A stretch of 48,363 nt of DNA from Armatimonadota bacterium (GTDB lineage Bacteria > Armatimonadota > UBA10988). Position 1 is the first letter of the stretch, and each line of letters starts with the position of its first letter. The position numbers were made by a program, and so were the translations under genes. The notes beneath the pieces are model-generated. The model saw only the letters and a list, made by a program, of their open reading frames with translations. It had not been told where the DNA came from and did not search any database. This document shows, piece by piece, positions 17,476-29,615 of this stretch. The DNA is taken from the NCBI GenBank assembly GCA_016235455.1, contig JACRKZ010000061.1:1-48363 (forward strand). The letters are read 5' to 3'.

Positions 17476-18950
17476 GCCGGCGACTCGCTGGTCTTGGGCC
17501 GGCCCAGGTCCATGAGACATGAGACGACGTAGCCCACCACGAAGCAGACGGTGTTGCAGATGACGGGGCGCAGCAGGAAGGTCACCTGCTTGTCGTGCAC
17601 CAGCAGCCACCAGAGCACCAGGTAGCTCACGCCAAACCCGATCATCGCCGCGGCCGGCTGGATGCGCCGCTTGACGAAGGCCAGAGCCATCAGGCCCAGC
17701 ACGCCGTTGGCGGCGATGCCCATCAACTTGTTCCACAGCCGCACCACGTCGTCGCTGGAGTGCGCGAACCACCACGCCAGCAGGATGTGCACCACGCCCC
17801 AGAACAGCGCCAGCCAGCGCACCGCGGCCAAGCCCCGTTCCTCAGCCAGCTTCCGCCCCCAGGCGCGCTTCCAGAAGTCCTCGATGCACACCGTCGTGAC
17901 CGAGTTCATGAGCGACGCAATGGTCGACATGGCCGCCGAGAAGATGCCCGCGATGACCAGGCCGGCAACGCCCGCCGGCAGTCGCGTCGTGACGAAGTAC
18001 GGGTACAACGTGTCGTTGTTGGGCATGTTCGGGTCGGGATGCTGCTGGTAGTAGACGAACAGCACGGTGCCCAGCAGGTAGAAGATGATGCCCAGCGGGA
18101 TGTAGCCGAGAATCGAAATCCACACGCTGCGGTTGGCCTCGGAGGTAGAGCCGGCGGTCACGTAGCGCTGGGTCATGTCCTGCTGCGTGCTGTAGATGCG
18201 GATGGTCTCGAACAGCGTCTGCAGGATGAGCCACAGGCTGGTCAGCTTGGCCAGGTCGGTGCCGCCCTGCCAGATGCGGAACTTGTGGTGCTCCATGGCG
18301 ATGGGCAGGAAGTCGGGGCCCACCCAGACCAGAGCCATGGCAATGCTGACCAGCGCCGCGCCAGCGAACACGATGACCTGGATGGCATCGGTCCAGATGA
18401 CCGCTTCGATGCCACCGATGACCGTATACAGCGTCACCACGATGCCCATGACCAGGATGCACCAGATGACCGGCGTATTGGTCACCACGGCGAAGGCCTT
18501 GGCCGGCAGGTAGAGGCCCAGTCCCATGCGGCCCACGCCCAGCACCACGAAGCAGAAAGCGGCCATGAGCCGGCTGGAGACGTGGATGCGCTTCTCGAGG
18601 AACTCGTAGACGCTGAGCACACCAGCATCGCGGTAGCGCGGTAACACGAAGCGGGTGATGACCAGCGCGGTGATGATCAGCACCGGCAACTGGATGGCCC
18701 ACAGCCAGTCGTCCTTGCCAAAGGCCAGGAACGGCAGGCCCATCATGGTCACCGCCGACAGGTAGGTACCCAGCAGCGACAAGCCCACCAGCCAATGGTG
18801 CACCTTCTCATCCGCCACCATGAAGCTGCGCGCGCTGGTCACGCGCTTCTGGAAGTAGACCCCGATGCCCACCATGGCGAGCATGTAGATCAACAGGACG
18901 GCGTAATCGACGAAGCCGAACCCGGCCGTGCTTGCACCTTGTGGCATCAA
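17472..18950 (-). CDS. Sodium:solute symporter (SSS) family protein
   Basis: GLSLLGTYLSAVT, SVYEFLEKR, GGIEAVIWTDAIQ, QRY, AAMSTIAS. Confidence 0.92.
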   Translation of the reverse strand: MMPQGASTAGFGFVDYAVLLIYMLAMVGIGVYFQKRVTSARSFMVADEKVHHWLVGLSLLGTYLSAVTMMGLPFLAFGKDDWLWAIQLPVLIITALVITRFVLPRYRDAGVLSVYEFLEKRIHVSSRLMAAFCFVVLGVGRMGLGLYLPAKAFAVVTNTPVIWCILVMGIVVTLYTVIGGIEAVIWTDAIQVIVFAGAALVSIAMALVWVGPDFLPIAMEHHKFRIWQGGTDLAKLTSLWLILQTLFETIRIYSTQQDMTQRYVTAGSTSEANRSVWISILGYIPLGIIFYLLGTVLFVYYQQHPDPNMPNNDTLYPYFVTTRLPAGVAGLVIAGIFSAAMSTIASLMNSVTTVCIEDFWKRAWGRKLAEERGLAAVRWLALFWGVVHILLAWWFAHSSDDVVRLWNKLMGIAANGVLGLMALAFVKRRIQPAAAMIGFGVSYLVLWWLLVHDKQVTFLLRPVICNTVCFVVGYVVSCLMDLGRPKTSESPA

Positions 18951-19171
18951 TGAGACTCCTCTGCCCTGCTTGGCGCCCGGCCGGCCTTGTCCTTCCGCGG
19001 AGAAGTGCCGACTCGCCTCAATCCCGGCCAGGCAGCCGGCAACGGATGGATTGACGCGCCATGGGGCCGGCCTTGTTCCGCGACAGCCGGCGCAGCCCGA
19101 ACCGTATGCGCACGCACCGACTCTGCCAGCGCCGCCGAGCGCGTCACTTTCATCTCATCTGGGCGCAAACC

Positions 19172-19198
19172 TAAAGGCTGGCGAGCGTTGGCCGATTG
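19172..19198 (+). promoter_or_regulatory. sigma28 (FliA/SigD/WhiG-type) promoter
   Basis: TAAA (19172-75), exactly 15 nt, GCCGATTG (19191-98); consensus is TAAA-N15-GCCGATAA. Confidence 0.7.
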
Positions 19199-19274
19199 GG
19201 ACAATGGCGGATATCCCTTGGACAGCACCGCCAGCTACTTCCTTGGAGCTTGATTGTATAGTGGAGGAAACGCC

Positions 19275-19757
19275 ATGAGCGCCGTGAGTGGTGGATCCCG
19301 GGTTGGTCCCTGGGCATCCGGCTACGATCCGGCGGTCGACAGGTCGTCAGACGGGCAGGCCTTGCAGGCCACGTCGCGGACCGCACGGATCTTCAGTCAG
19401 GAACTTGGTAAACTGGTGCACATGCGCCACGCTGCCGCCAGCAATGGCGAGGTCGTGGTACATGATCGCATTTCCCTCGAGTTTGAGGCACAGGGGCTGT
19501 TGCTCAGCGCCCGTGCGGGCGAAGCCTTGCTGCTCAGCAAAGAAGCGCAGCAGGTGATGCGCGAGCAACCGCCCGCGCCGACGCCCGCGCCCGCCGCGGC
19601 GGCAGCGCCGGCCGCGACAACGCCAACCGCACCGGCGAAGCCTGCCGCCCAGGCACCCGAACCCGCCGCGGCTGCGGCGGCGCCGGCCAGCGCCGAGACC
19701 GCCACGCCAGCATCGTCCGACGAGCCCGCGGCACCACGCCTGGATGCCCTGGCCTGA
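19275..19757 (+). CDS. Hypothetical protein with Ala/Pro-rich tail, possibly motility-associated
   Basis: GGAGG RBS; DRISL and LLLSKEAQ segments; ends PRLDALA; downstream of the sigma28 promoter. Confidence 0.7.
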   Translation: MSAVSGGSRVGPWASGYDPAVDRSSDGQALQATSRTARIFSQELGKLVHMRHAAASNGEVVVHDRISLEFEAQGLLLSARAGEALLLSKEAQQVMREQPPAPTPAPAAAAAPAATTPTAPAKPAAQAPEPAAAAAAPASAETATPASSDEPAAPRLDALA

Positions 19758-19837
19758 CCGCTACCGCAACGGGGGAGCCAGGGGTCGTTTGACGCGGCCC
19801 GCACCGCTGCCTACAATGGCCGCCATGCGAGGCCGCC

Positions 19838-20569
19838 ATGCCGCGTTCGGTCGACTTCAGCAAACTCCCCCCGCCCGAAGCGCTGTGCTTTGGCTGCGGC
19901 CAAAGCGTTTCGCTCAGCCTCCGCGCCCGCGGCCGCGGTCGCTTCCGCTGCCCGCATTGCCACAATGACAACCGGGTCGACCACACCGGCCTGGGCCGCC
20001 CGCTGCGGCGCGATGCCCTGGCGGTGGACCACCTGCCCGAGGCCATCTGCCCCAAGTGCGGCGCGGTCAACCGCATTCCCGGCCCGCTGCTCACCGGCCG
20101 CCGCTACACCTGCTTCCACTGCCGGCGCGCGGTCGAGGTGCCGCCCCTGATGCGCGTGATCCGACGCAGCGCCACTCCCTGGGTGGTGGCGCTGCTGTTG
20201 GTCATCGGCGTGGCTGTTGCGCGCGTCGGCCGCGATATCTACCGCTTCGTGACCGCGGTGGAGGAGCGCATCAGCACCGAAACGGTCAAGGCCATGGACA
20301 GTGCCATCGACGTGCAGCAGATCGGCGGCGTGATGGGGCCGACGGGCGCGGTCTACGACTTCCGCGGCCAGGCCGTCAACATGCTGCCCAAGCCGACCAC
20401 GCTTTATGTCAACGTGCTGCTGGTCCAGGGCGGCACGGAAGTGGCGCGCCAGTCGGTGGCCCTGCCGTTCGTCAGGCCCGGCGAGAAGCGCAACTTCCAG
20501 GTTCGCGTGATCGCCCCGCCAGGCACACGCGCCGAGCACTTCGTCGGTCGACTGCTCGGAGTCAGCTAG
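19838..20569 (+). CDS. Double zinc-ribbon membrane protein with a predicted extracytoplasmic beta domain
   Basis: CFGC, CPHC, CPKC, CFHC; TM helix WVVALLLVIGVAVA; C-terminal G.AVN...VRPGEKRNFQV. Confidence 0.7.
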   Translation: MPRSVDFSKLPPPEALCFGCGQSVSLSLRARGRGRFRCPHCHNDNRVDHTGLGRPLRRDALAVDHLPEAICPKCGAVNRIPGPLLTGRRYTCFHCRRAVEVPPLMRVIRRSATPWVVALLLVIGVAVARVGRDIYRFVTAVEERISTETVKAMDSAIDVQQIGGVMGPTGAVYDFRGQAVNMLPKPTTLYVNVLLVQGGTEVARQSVALPFVRPGEKRNFQVRVIAPPGTRAEHFVGRLLGVS

Positions 20570-20690
20570 GTGACCGAGGACGGCGCGAACGCGCCGCCGC
20601 CTCTGGCGTCCGCCGTCCCACATGGCCCACCCCGCTTGACCCACAGGGACTCGCGGCCTTACAGTACACATGGCCGGAGGTGAATGCTTG

Positions 20691-22379
<1,689 letters not shown>

Positions 22380-22402
22380 TCCGCATCCGTGAGGATTACC
22401 AG

Positions 22403-22438
22403 GAAGCCGCCGGCGCGATGGCTCGCACCGGCGGCTTC
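22403..22438. terminator. Stem-loop between convergent genes
   Basis: GAAGCCGCCGG pairs with CCGGCGGCTTC. Confidence 0.65.
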
Positions 22439-22455
22439 GCTGCGTAGAGCGGCTC

Positions 22456-23412
22456 TTAGCGGCGGTACTCGTCGCGGTTGGGCCAGGTGTTCTTGGGCTT
22501 GGCCAGCGCGGCCTCGGCGATGGTGCCGGCCGTGACGAACTGGCAGCCGAAGTCCTCGCGCGCCATCTTGACCACGCGCTCGTAAGCCTCGAAGCCCAAG
22601 TCTCGCGAAGCCACGGGATCGCCGCTGCCGCGCAGCCCGGCATACTGCGCCACGGCGATGAACGGCGCCTGCTCACGCGCGCATTGCCGCAGGTGGCGTT
22701 GCGCCACGGCGACCCACAGGTCGATGTTGTCGGGCGAGACGTGATAGCCGTAGTTGCAGAGGTGCGGCACTTCCAGCACGTCGCCCACCCAGTAGGGGTG
22801 CAAGCCCACCCACGAGACCACCTCGTCGGCCTCCACCGTCGGCTCGCGTCGCCAGGCGGCCGGCACGGCGGTACGCGTGGAGGTCCACTTGATGCCCAGG
22901 TCCTCCAGCGCAAAGTACAGCCCGCGACAGAACGCGTGGTAGCCCGAACGGAAGCCCGTGGGACGATGCGCCTCGCCCAGCGCGGTCTCGAAGATGCGGA
23001 CGGAGCGCTCCAGCGTTGAGCCGATCTTGCCGCGCGCGTGCTGGTGCACCAGCTGGAAGGTCTCGCGGGACATGGTGCGCGCGATGCGCGCCATCATCTG
23101 CTCGTCGCGCACCGCCATCAGGTCGGGGATGCCGCACTCGAACAGCTCATGGTCGAAGCCATGCGGCAGGAACTCGTGGCCCTCGTCCAGCCCGCGCTGC
23201 ATGGCGGTCACCAGTTCGGCGTCCTCGAACAGCGTCGACTGGTTCTGGAAGCTGTAGGGGATCATGAAGAAGGTGGCGCGCAAGTCACGCTCGCCCAGCC
23301 AGTCCAGCAGACGCACAAGACGGTGTGCATCGCCGGCCGACAGGTTGTCGATCGTCAACGACGCGTACAAGCTGCCCTCGCTGGGCACGAGAACCCGATC
23401 CGTCTCAGCCAT
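22456..23412 (-). CDS. Polysaccharide deacetylase (CE4/NodB-like) family protein
   Basis: LTIDN, RATFFMIP, HEFLPHGFDH, GFRSG; RBS GAGGAGG. Confidence 0.75.
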   Translation of the reverse strand: MAETDRVLVPSEGSLYASLTIDNLSAGDAHRLVRLLDWLGERDLRATFFMIPYSFQNQSTLFEDAELVTAMQRGLDEGHEFLPHGFDHELFECGIPDLMAVRDEQMMARIARTMSRETFQLVHQHARGKIGSTLERSVRIFETALGEAHRPTGFRSGYHAFCRGLYFALEDLGIKWTSTRTAVPAAWRREPTVEADEVVSWVGLHPYWVGDVLEVPHLCNYGYHVSPDNIDLWVAVAQRHLRQCAREQAPFIAVAQYAGLRGSGDPVASRDLGFEAYERVVKMAREDFGCQFVTAGTIAEAALAKPKNTWPNRDEYRR

Positions 23413-23609
23413 CTGCACGTCCTCCTCGGCCGCCGCCATGGTTCTGCGTCGGACCGAGGGTCGGCCAGACGCGGCGAACGGCTCCCGGCTGGGTCACTGC
23501 ATCGTGTTTGCCGTGAGGCACCCAGCGTCCCCCATCATACCATGTGAACCTTTGCCCTATGGCGGCGTCGAATCGGACAGCCGGCCGACGCGCCCCGCCT
23601 ACCCGGTCG

Positions 23610-23638
23610 TTGACACGGGCAGGACCAAGGGATATCCT
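23610..23638 (+). promoter_or_regulatory. sigma70-type promoter of tatA
   Basis: TTGACA (23610-15), 17 nt, TATCCT (23633-38). Confidence 0.7.
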
Positions 23639-23692
23639 GCTGCAAGGTGCGTACCGCCTATTGGCACGTGCCGGCGTACGAAGGAGATACCG

Positions 23693-23923
23693 ATGCCGGG
23701 CCCGCCCGAAATGATCTGGATCCTGGTGATCCTGTTCCTGTTGTTCGGCGCCAAGAAGCTGCCTGAGTTGGCTCGCTCGAGTGGCGAAGCGCTCAAGGAG
23801 TTCAAGAAGGCCACCAAAGAGGCCATGGCCGACGAAGAGCCCGTCAAGCCGACCGTAGCCCAGGAAGCGCCGCGCCGCATGGAGGCGCCCGCCGATAGCA
23901 ACACCACCAGCACCTCGGCCTAG
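23693..23923 (+). CDS. tatA: Twin-arginine translocase subunit TatA/E
   Basis: AAGGAG RBS; MPGPPEMIWILVILFLLFGAKKLPELARSSGEALKEFKKA. Confidence 0.92.
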   Translation: MPGPPEMIWILVILFLLFGAKKLPELARSSGEALKEFKKATKEAMADEEPVKPTVAQEAPRRMEAPADSNTTSTSA

Positions 23924-23966
23924 CCCTGGTTGCAGGTCGGAGCGTTTAACCCGAGAGCCCGCTGGC

Positions 23967-24635
23967 CTAGGCCGCGGGCTCTTGTGCGTTGGGGCTCTCG
24001 CGCCGCGCGGTAAGCCACTCGAACCACGCGTCCATGCCCTGCCCCGTCATCGATGAGACTTCCAGCACCGGCACGGTACCATTGAGCGCGCGCAGGTCCT
24101 CGTAGAACCGCGCCACGTCGAAGGGCACATACTGAAGCAGGTCGGCCTTGGTCAGCAGCACCACGTCGGCCTCACGCCACAACCGCGGGTACTTGGCCAC
24201 CTTGTCCTCGCCCTCGGTCACGCTGATCAGCGCCACCTTGGCGTCGTGGCCCAGGTCATAGCCGACCGGGCAGACGAGGTTGCCCACGTTCTCGATGTAC
24301 AGGACGTCGACACCATCCAGGTCCAGGTGCGGCATGGCGTTGGCCACCATCGCCGCGTCCAGATGGCAGCCGCCATCGGTGTTGATCTGCACCGTCTGAG
24401 CGTACTCCGCCAGCCGCTCCGCATCGCGCGAGGTGGCCAGATCACCGACAATGACCGCCTGGCCCCAGGTACCCCTGAAATGCTCCAGGGTGCGCTCCAG
24501 CAGCGTGGTCTTGCCCGATCCCGGTGAACTGATCAGGTTAGGGCAGAAGATGCCGCGACCGCGCAGATCCGCGCGGATCTGCTGCGCCAGCGCGTCATTC
24601 AGCTTCAGGACGTTGTGGACGACATCGACTCGCAC
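23967..24635 (-). CDS. hypB: Hydrogenase nickel incorporation GTPase HypB
   Basis: SSPGSGKTTLLE, GGCHLDA, IENVGNLVCP, SVTEGEDK, TKAD. Confidence 0.95.
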   Translation of the reverse strand: MRVDVVHNVLKLNDALAQQIRADLRGRGIFCPNLISSPGSGKTTLLERTLEHFRGTWGQAVIVGDLATSRDAERLAEYAQTVQINTDGGCHLDAAMVANAMPHLDLDGVDVLYIENVGNLVCPVGYDLGHDAKVALISVTEGEDKVAKYPRLWREADVVLLTKADLLQYVPFDVARFYEDLRALNGTVPVLEVSSMTGQGMDAWFEWLTARRESPNAQEPAA

Positions 24636-24973
24636 GGTTCCAGCTCCACTCGCAGCAACACCAGCTCATTGCCCGTCACGGTCTCGGCGTCAGCCACGTG
24701 GCAGTCCGGGCACAGGAAGATGCTGTCTTCGACACCGAAGACCAACTCGCACCGCCGACACCGCGCCGTGACCGCCACCGGCTCCACGATCAGACGAGCG
24801 CCCTCGGCGGCGGTGCCCTCGGCCACGGCCAGGAAGCCCATGGCCAGGCTCTCGGCCACGATCATCTGCAGCGCGCCGGCCTGGATGGTCAGCGACATCA
24901 CCCGCGCCCGATGCTCCTCGGCGATGGCCAGCACCGACGGCAGGATGGCTTCGGCCAGGCTCAACTCATGCAT
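24605..24973 (-). CDS. hypA: Hydrogenase maturation nickel chaperone HypA
   Basis: MHELSLA N-terminus; CRRC...CPDC; GNEL. Confidence 0.93.
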   Translation of the reverse strand: MHELSLAEAILPSVLAIAEEHRARVMSLTIQAGALQMIVAESLAMGFLAVAEGTAAEGARLIVEPVAVTARCRRCELVFGVEDSIFLCPDCHVADAETVTGNELVLLRVELEPCESMSSTTS

Positions 24974-25487
24974 CGCCAGCGGGCTCCAGCGACGGTCCCT
25001 CGGGCGCCAGAGCGCCCGCGAGCAGCCGCTCTGTCATCGTCTGGCAGCGGCGCAGCGTGTCAGGGGTCAGTTCGTCGGCGAAGTCGAACCGCTCGCCCCG
25101 GACCGTGCAGCGGAAGCCCTCGGGCCGATGGCCGTAGGCCGACCCGGCCAGCGCCAGCACCGTTGCCGCGGTCAGCACATGCGAGGTCAGACCCAACCCG
25201 GACGGGTCGGTCACCGGGGCGATGACCAGGCCGACATCGTCGACGTGCGCATCGAGAAACAGGACGCGGTCAACCTGGGCGCAGTCTTCGGCCAGGCCCA
25301 TGTCGAGCTGCTGCACCCACATGGTGCGCACGCGGTGGCCGTCGACCGCGACGGTGTCCTCGCCGGGCTCACCCAGCAGGTCCACCAGCGGCAGGCCCCA
25401 GGCCTCGTTCAGCCGGTTGAGGATGTAGTGCCCGGCCCCGTCGTCCATGCGACTGGGATTACCGTAGGCGATGACGAGCAGGTTCAT
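24966..25487 (-). CDS. hoxW: Hydrogenase maturation endopeptidase (HoxW-like)
   Basis: IAYGNPSRMDDGAG, QQL, FLDA, TSH; directly after the large subunit. Confidence 0.8.
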   Translation of the reverse strand: MNLLVIAYGNPSRMDDGAGHYILNRLNEAWGLPLVDLLGEPGEDTVAVDGHRVRTMWVQQLDMGLAEDCAQVDRVLFLDAHVDDVGLVIAPVTDPSGLGLTSHVLTAATVLALAGSAYGHRPEGFRCTVRGERFDFADELTPDTLRRCQTMTERLLAGALAPEGPSLEPAGDA

Positions 25488-25582
25488 GGCTGTTCCGCAG
25501 TCTAGCACAAGCCCCCCAAACGAGGCCGGTCCGGCCGCAGGTTGTCACCAACGACCGGACCGACTGACGTATCAGGCGTTGC

Positions 25583-27013
<1,431 letters not shown>

Positions 27014-27028
27014 GTCGACCTCTCTATA

Positions 27029-27577
27029 TCAATCGAAGTGGAGCAGCGGCTGGGGAATGCCGTTGGGCACACGGCCGCTGACCAGTTCGTGGACTACGTG
27101 GAAGATCGTGTCGGCACTCGGCGGGCAGCCGGGGATGTGGAAATCCACCTTCACGAATTCACGGATGGGCTGGACCTTGTCCAGGTAGCGCGGCAGCTCC
27201 TTGTCGTCGGGGATGAACCCGTCGACCGTGCTGGAGCTCCAGATATAGCCATGCTCGAGCACCTGGTTGAGCGGGAAGAAGTTGCGCATGAACGGCACGC
27301 AACCCCACCCCGCGCAGTCGCCGAGGCTGACCAGGAACTTGCTCTTGGCGCGGATCTCTTCCAGGAACTTGATGTTGTCCGTATTGCAGACCGCACCCTC
27401 CACCAGGCCGACATCGGCCATGGGGAAGCCGCCCAGCTTGAAGTCGGTGATCGGCATGGCGCCGATATCAGCCAACTCCATCAGGGCCACGATTCGCTCG
27501 TCGATGTCGAGCAACGACATATGACATCCGGCGCAGCCGCCCAGCCACACCGAGGCAATCATCGGTTTCTTGCTCAT
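27029..27577 (-). CDS. hoxY: [NiFe]-hydrogenase small subunit (HoxY/HydS), single-cluster type, no Tat signal
   Basis: WLGGCAGCHMS, VEGAV, GDCA, IPGCPP. Confidence 0.93.
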   Translation of the reverse strand: MSKKPMIASVWLGGCAGCHMSLLDIDERIVALMELADIGAMPITDFKLGGFPMADVGLVEGAVCNTDNIKFLEEIRAKSKFLVSLGDCAGWGCVPFMRNFFPLNQVLEHGYIWSSSTVDGFIPDDKELPRYLDKVQPIREFVKVDFHIPGCPPSADTIFHVVHELVSGRVPNGIPQPLLHFD

Positions 27578-27589
27578 GGTCGCCTCCCG

Positions 27590-29611
27590 TCAGGCCTGTT
27601 CGGCCGTCTCGGCCGCTTCCGCGGCAGCCTTGGCCATGCCTTCGGCCAGCGCCGCCAGCACTTCCTCGTCGCCACGCACACCGGCTGGCAGGATGGTGCA
27701 GGCCTCGAAGGTCTGCTCCAAGCCCATCACGTTGACCCACGTGCCCGCCCGTTCGCTCCACTTGAGCGACGGCAGCACGATGTCGGCGTGCGCCATCACC
27801 GAGCACTCGTGGCTGGCCTGCAGGATGACCGTACCGGCCTGGCGCAGGTCTTCGACCAACTGCGCCGTCGGCTCGAACGGATCATCGCCGGTCAGCATGT
27901 AGATGACGCTGGCGGTGCTCGGGTCGGCGCCGATCAGGCCCAACTGCTCGGCCGCGGCGGCGTTGGCTTCGGTCTCGAAGCCGCGCGCGCGCAGCGCGCC
28001 GTCGGCGGTCACATGGCCGCTGAGCCGGACCAGGTCCCACAGCAGCCCGATCAGGTTCGGGTTGCGCAGGGCGCCGAGTTCGGGACCGTACAGGACGACC
28101 GGGTTCTTGGCCTTGGCATACAGCTTGGCCGCCTTCTTGATGTCCTTGGCCTCGATGTGCGCCTCCGCGGCGACACGGTCGGGGTTGTAGGCCTTCCAGC
28201 GGTCCTTCTGGCTCTGCTCGACGTGCCCGCGCAGCTTGCCCTGCTCATTGAGCTGGCAGAGCAGGCCCAGCAGCACTTCGTGCTCACAGCCGCGGCGCGG
28301 CTTGATATCGACCGTGGCCAGCTGCGTGACCTCGCTCTGGCGAGCGTTGATCGAGACGATCGGGCACTGCTCGTTGAAGCGCTTGCCCGCCAGCCAGGTG
28401 CCCAGCACCTGGTGGGTGCGGCAGGGATCGAAGCCGACCAGCAACACCATGTCGGCGTCGTGGATGGCGTCGTAGCCGCACTCGGTCACGTCGCCGAAGA
28501 GGTCCTTGGCGGCGCGCTTCACCTGGCGCTGGCGACCGAACAGCGTATCCACGTCCGCGCTGTCGCACGGGCCGGTGATGAACTGCTGGAACGACGCCAG
28601 GGTCTCCTTGGGCAGCCGACCGGAGACCAGACCAACCACCGCCTGCTGGTTGCAGTGGCAATTGGCGGCGCCTTCGTACAGCGCCTTGGCGGCCGCGGCC
28701 AGCGCGGTGTCCCAGTCAGTGTCGACCAGGGCGCCGAACTCGTTGCGCACCTTGGGGGTGGTGATGCGCGGCGTCGCCTCGTTGAGGATCTCGTAGCGGC
28801 TGCGGCGGCTGAGCAGCGGGCCATTGACCTTGGCTTCGTCCGTGCCCTCACAGCGGGCCAGGATGCCCGACTTGAGCACGGCGTTCATGGAGCAGCCCAT
28901 GTCGTCGTCGGGGCAGACGACCATCTTGCGCACCAGGCCGCCGCCCTTGCCGAAGTACGGGGCCCGCTTGTCGAACAGCGCGCCGGTCGGGCACACGTCG
29001 ACGCAGGTGCCGCACGAGATGCAGCTCGACTCGCCGATGGGCACACCCAGGTCGGCGATGACCATTTGCTTGGTGCCACGGCTGCCGAAGTTCAGCGTGC
29101 CCTGGCCCACGACCTCCTGGCAGGCACGCACGCAGCGGCCGCAGAGGATGCAGCGGTTGTGGTCCTGCACGAAGAAGGCGTTGCTGCAATCGGGCTCCAG
29201 CACCGGGAACAGGTACTGGTAGCGCGTGTGCGTGATGCCTTCTTCGTAGCCGCGCTCCTGCAGTTCGCAGGCGCCCGAGCTGGGGCAGAACGGGCAGATA
29301 TGGTTGCGCTCGGCGAACAGCAACTCGAGCGTCATCTGACGCATGAGCGAGAGCTTCTCGTTGTGCGCGACGACCACCTGGCCGTCTTCCGCCGGAGCGG
29401 CGCACGAAGTCACCAGGCGGCGCTGGCCCTCCACCTCGACCACACACATGCGGCACGCGCCGTGGTTGGTCAGCCACGGATGGTGGCAGAGGGTCGGGAT
29501 ATCGACGCCGTTGGCCTTGGCGACCTCCAGAATGGTCTGGCCCTTGGCACCCTGACAGGCCTTGCCGTCAATGGTTAGGGTGATGGTGTCGGTCTTGACA
29601 TCGGCCGGCAT
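27590..29611 (-). CDS. hoxU: Extended HoxU/HydA-like Fe-S subunit (NuoG-like) with a C-terminal molybdopterin-oxidoreductase-like domain
   Basis: IPTLC..GACRMCVVE..SC (2Fe-2S); H-ICPFC....CELQ; CILCGRCVRAC; CISCGTCVDVCPTGA; plus about 450 aa ending ADIVLP...ERAGTWVN. Confidence 0.85.
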   Translation of the reverse strand: MPADVKTDTITLTIDGKACQGAKGQTILEVAKANGVDIPTLCHHPWLTNHGACRMCVVEVEGQRRLVTSCAAPAEDGQVVVAHNEKLSLMRQMTLELLFAERNHICPFCPSSGACELQERGYEEGITHTRYQYLFPVLEPDCSNAFFVQDHNRCILCGRCVRACQEVVGQGTLNFGSRGTKQMVIADLGVPIGESSCISCGTCVDVCPTGALFDKRAPYFGKGGGLVRKMVVCPDDDMGCSMNAVLKSGILARCEGTDEAKVNGPLLSRRSRYEILNEATPRITTPKVRNEFGALVDTDWDTALAAAAKALYEGAANCHCNQQAVVGLVSGRLPKETLASFQQFITGPCDSADVDTLFGRQRQVKRAAKDLFGDVTECGYDAIHDADMVLLVGFDPCRTHQVLGTWLAGKRFNEQCPIVSINARQSEVTQLATVDIKPRRGCEHEVLLGLLCQLNEQGKLRGHVEQSQKDRWKAYNPDRVAAEAHIEAKDIKKAAKLYAKAKNPVVLYGPELGALRNPNLIGLLWDLVRLSGHVTADGALRARGFETEANAAAAEQLGLIGADPSTASVIYMLTGDDPFEPTAQLVEDLRQAGTVILQASHECSVMAHADIVLPSLKWSERAGTWVNVMGLEQTFEACTILPAGVRGDEEVLAALAEGMAKAAAEAAETAEQA

Positions 29612-29615
29612 GGGG

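Noticed and set aside
23693-23923. tatA as the export route for the hydrogenase
   Set aside because: Convergent with its own sigma70 promoter; the small subunit has no twin-arginine signal
27590-29611. Formate dehydrogenase alpha subunit, or Complex I nuoEFG
   Set aside because: Degenerate Fe-S motif and no clear Mo/W-ligand motif; no membrane nuo genes; directly followed by hoxY and hoxH
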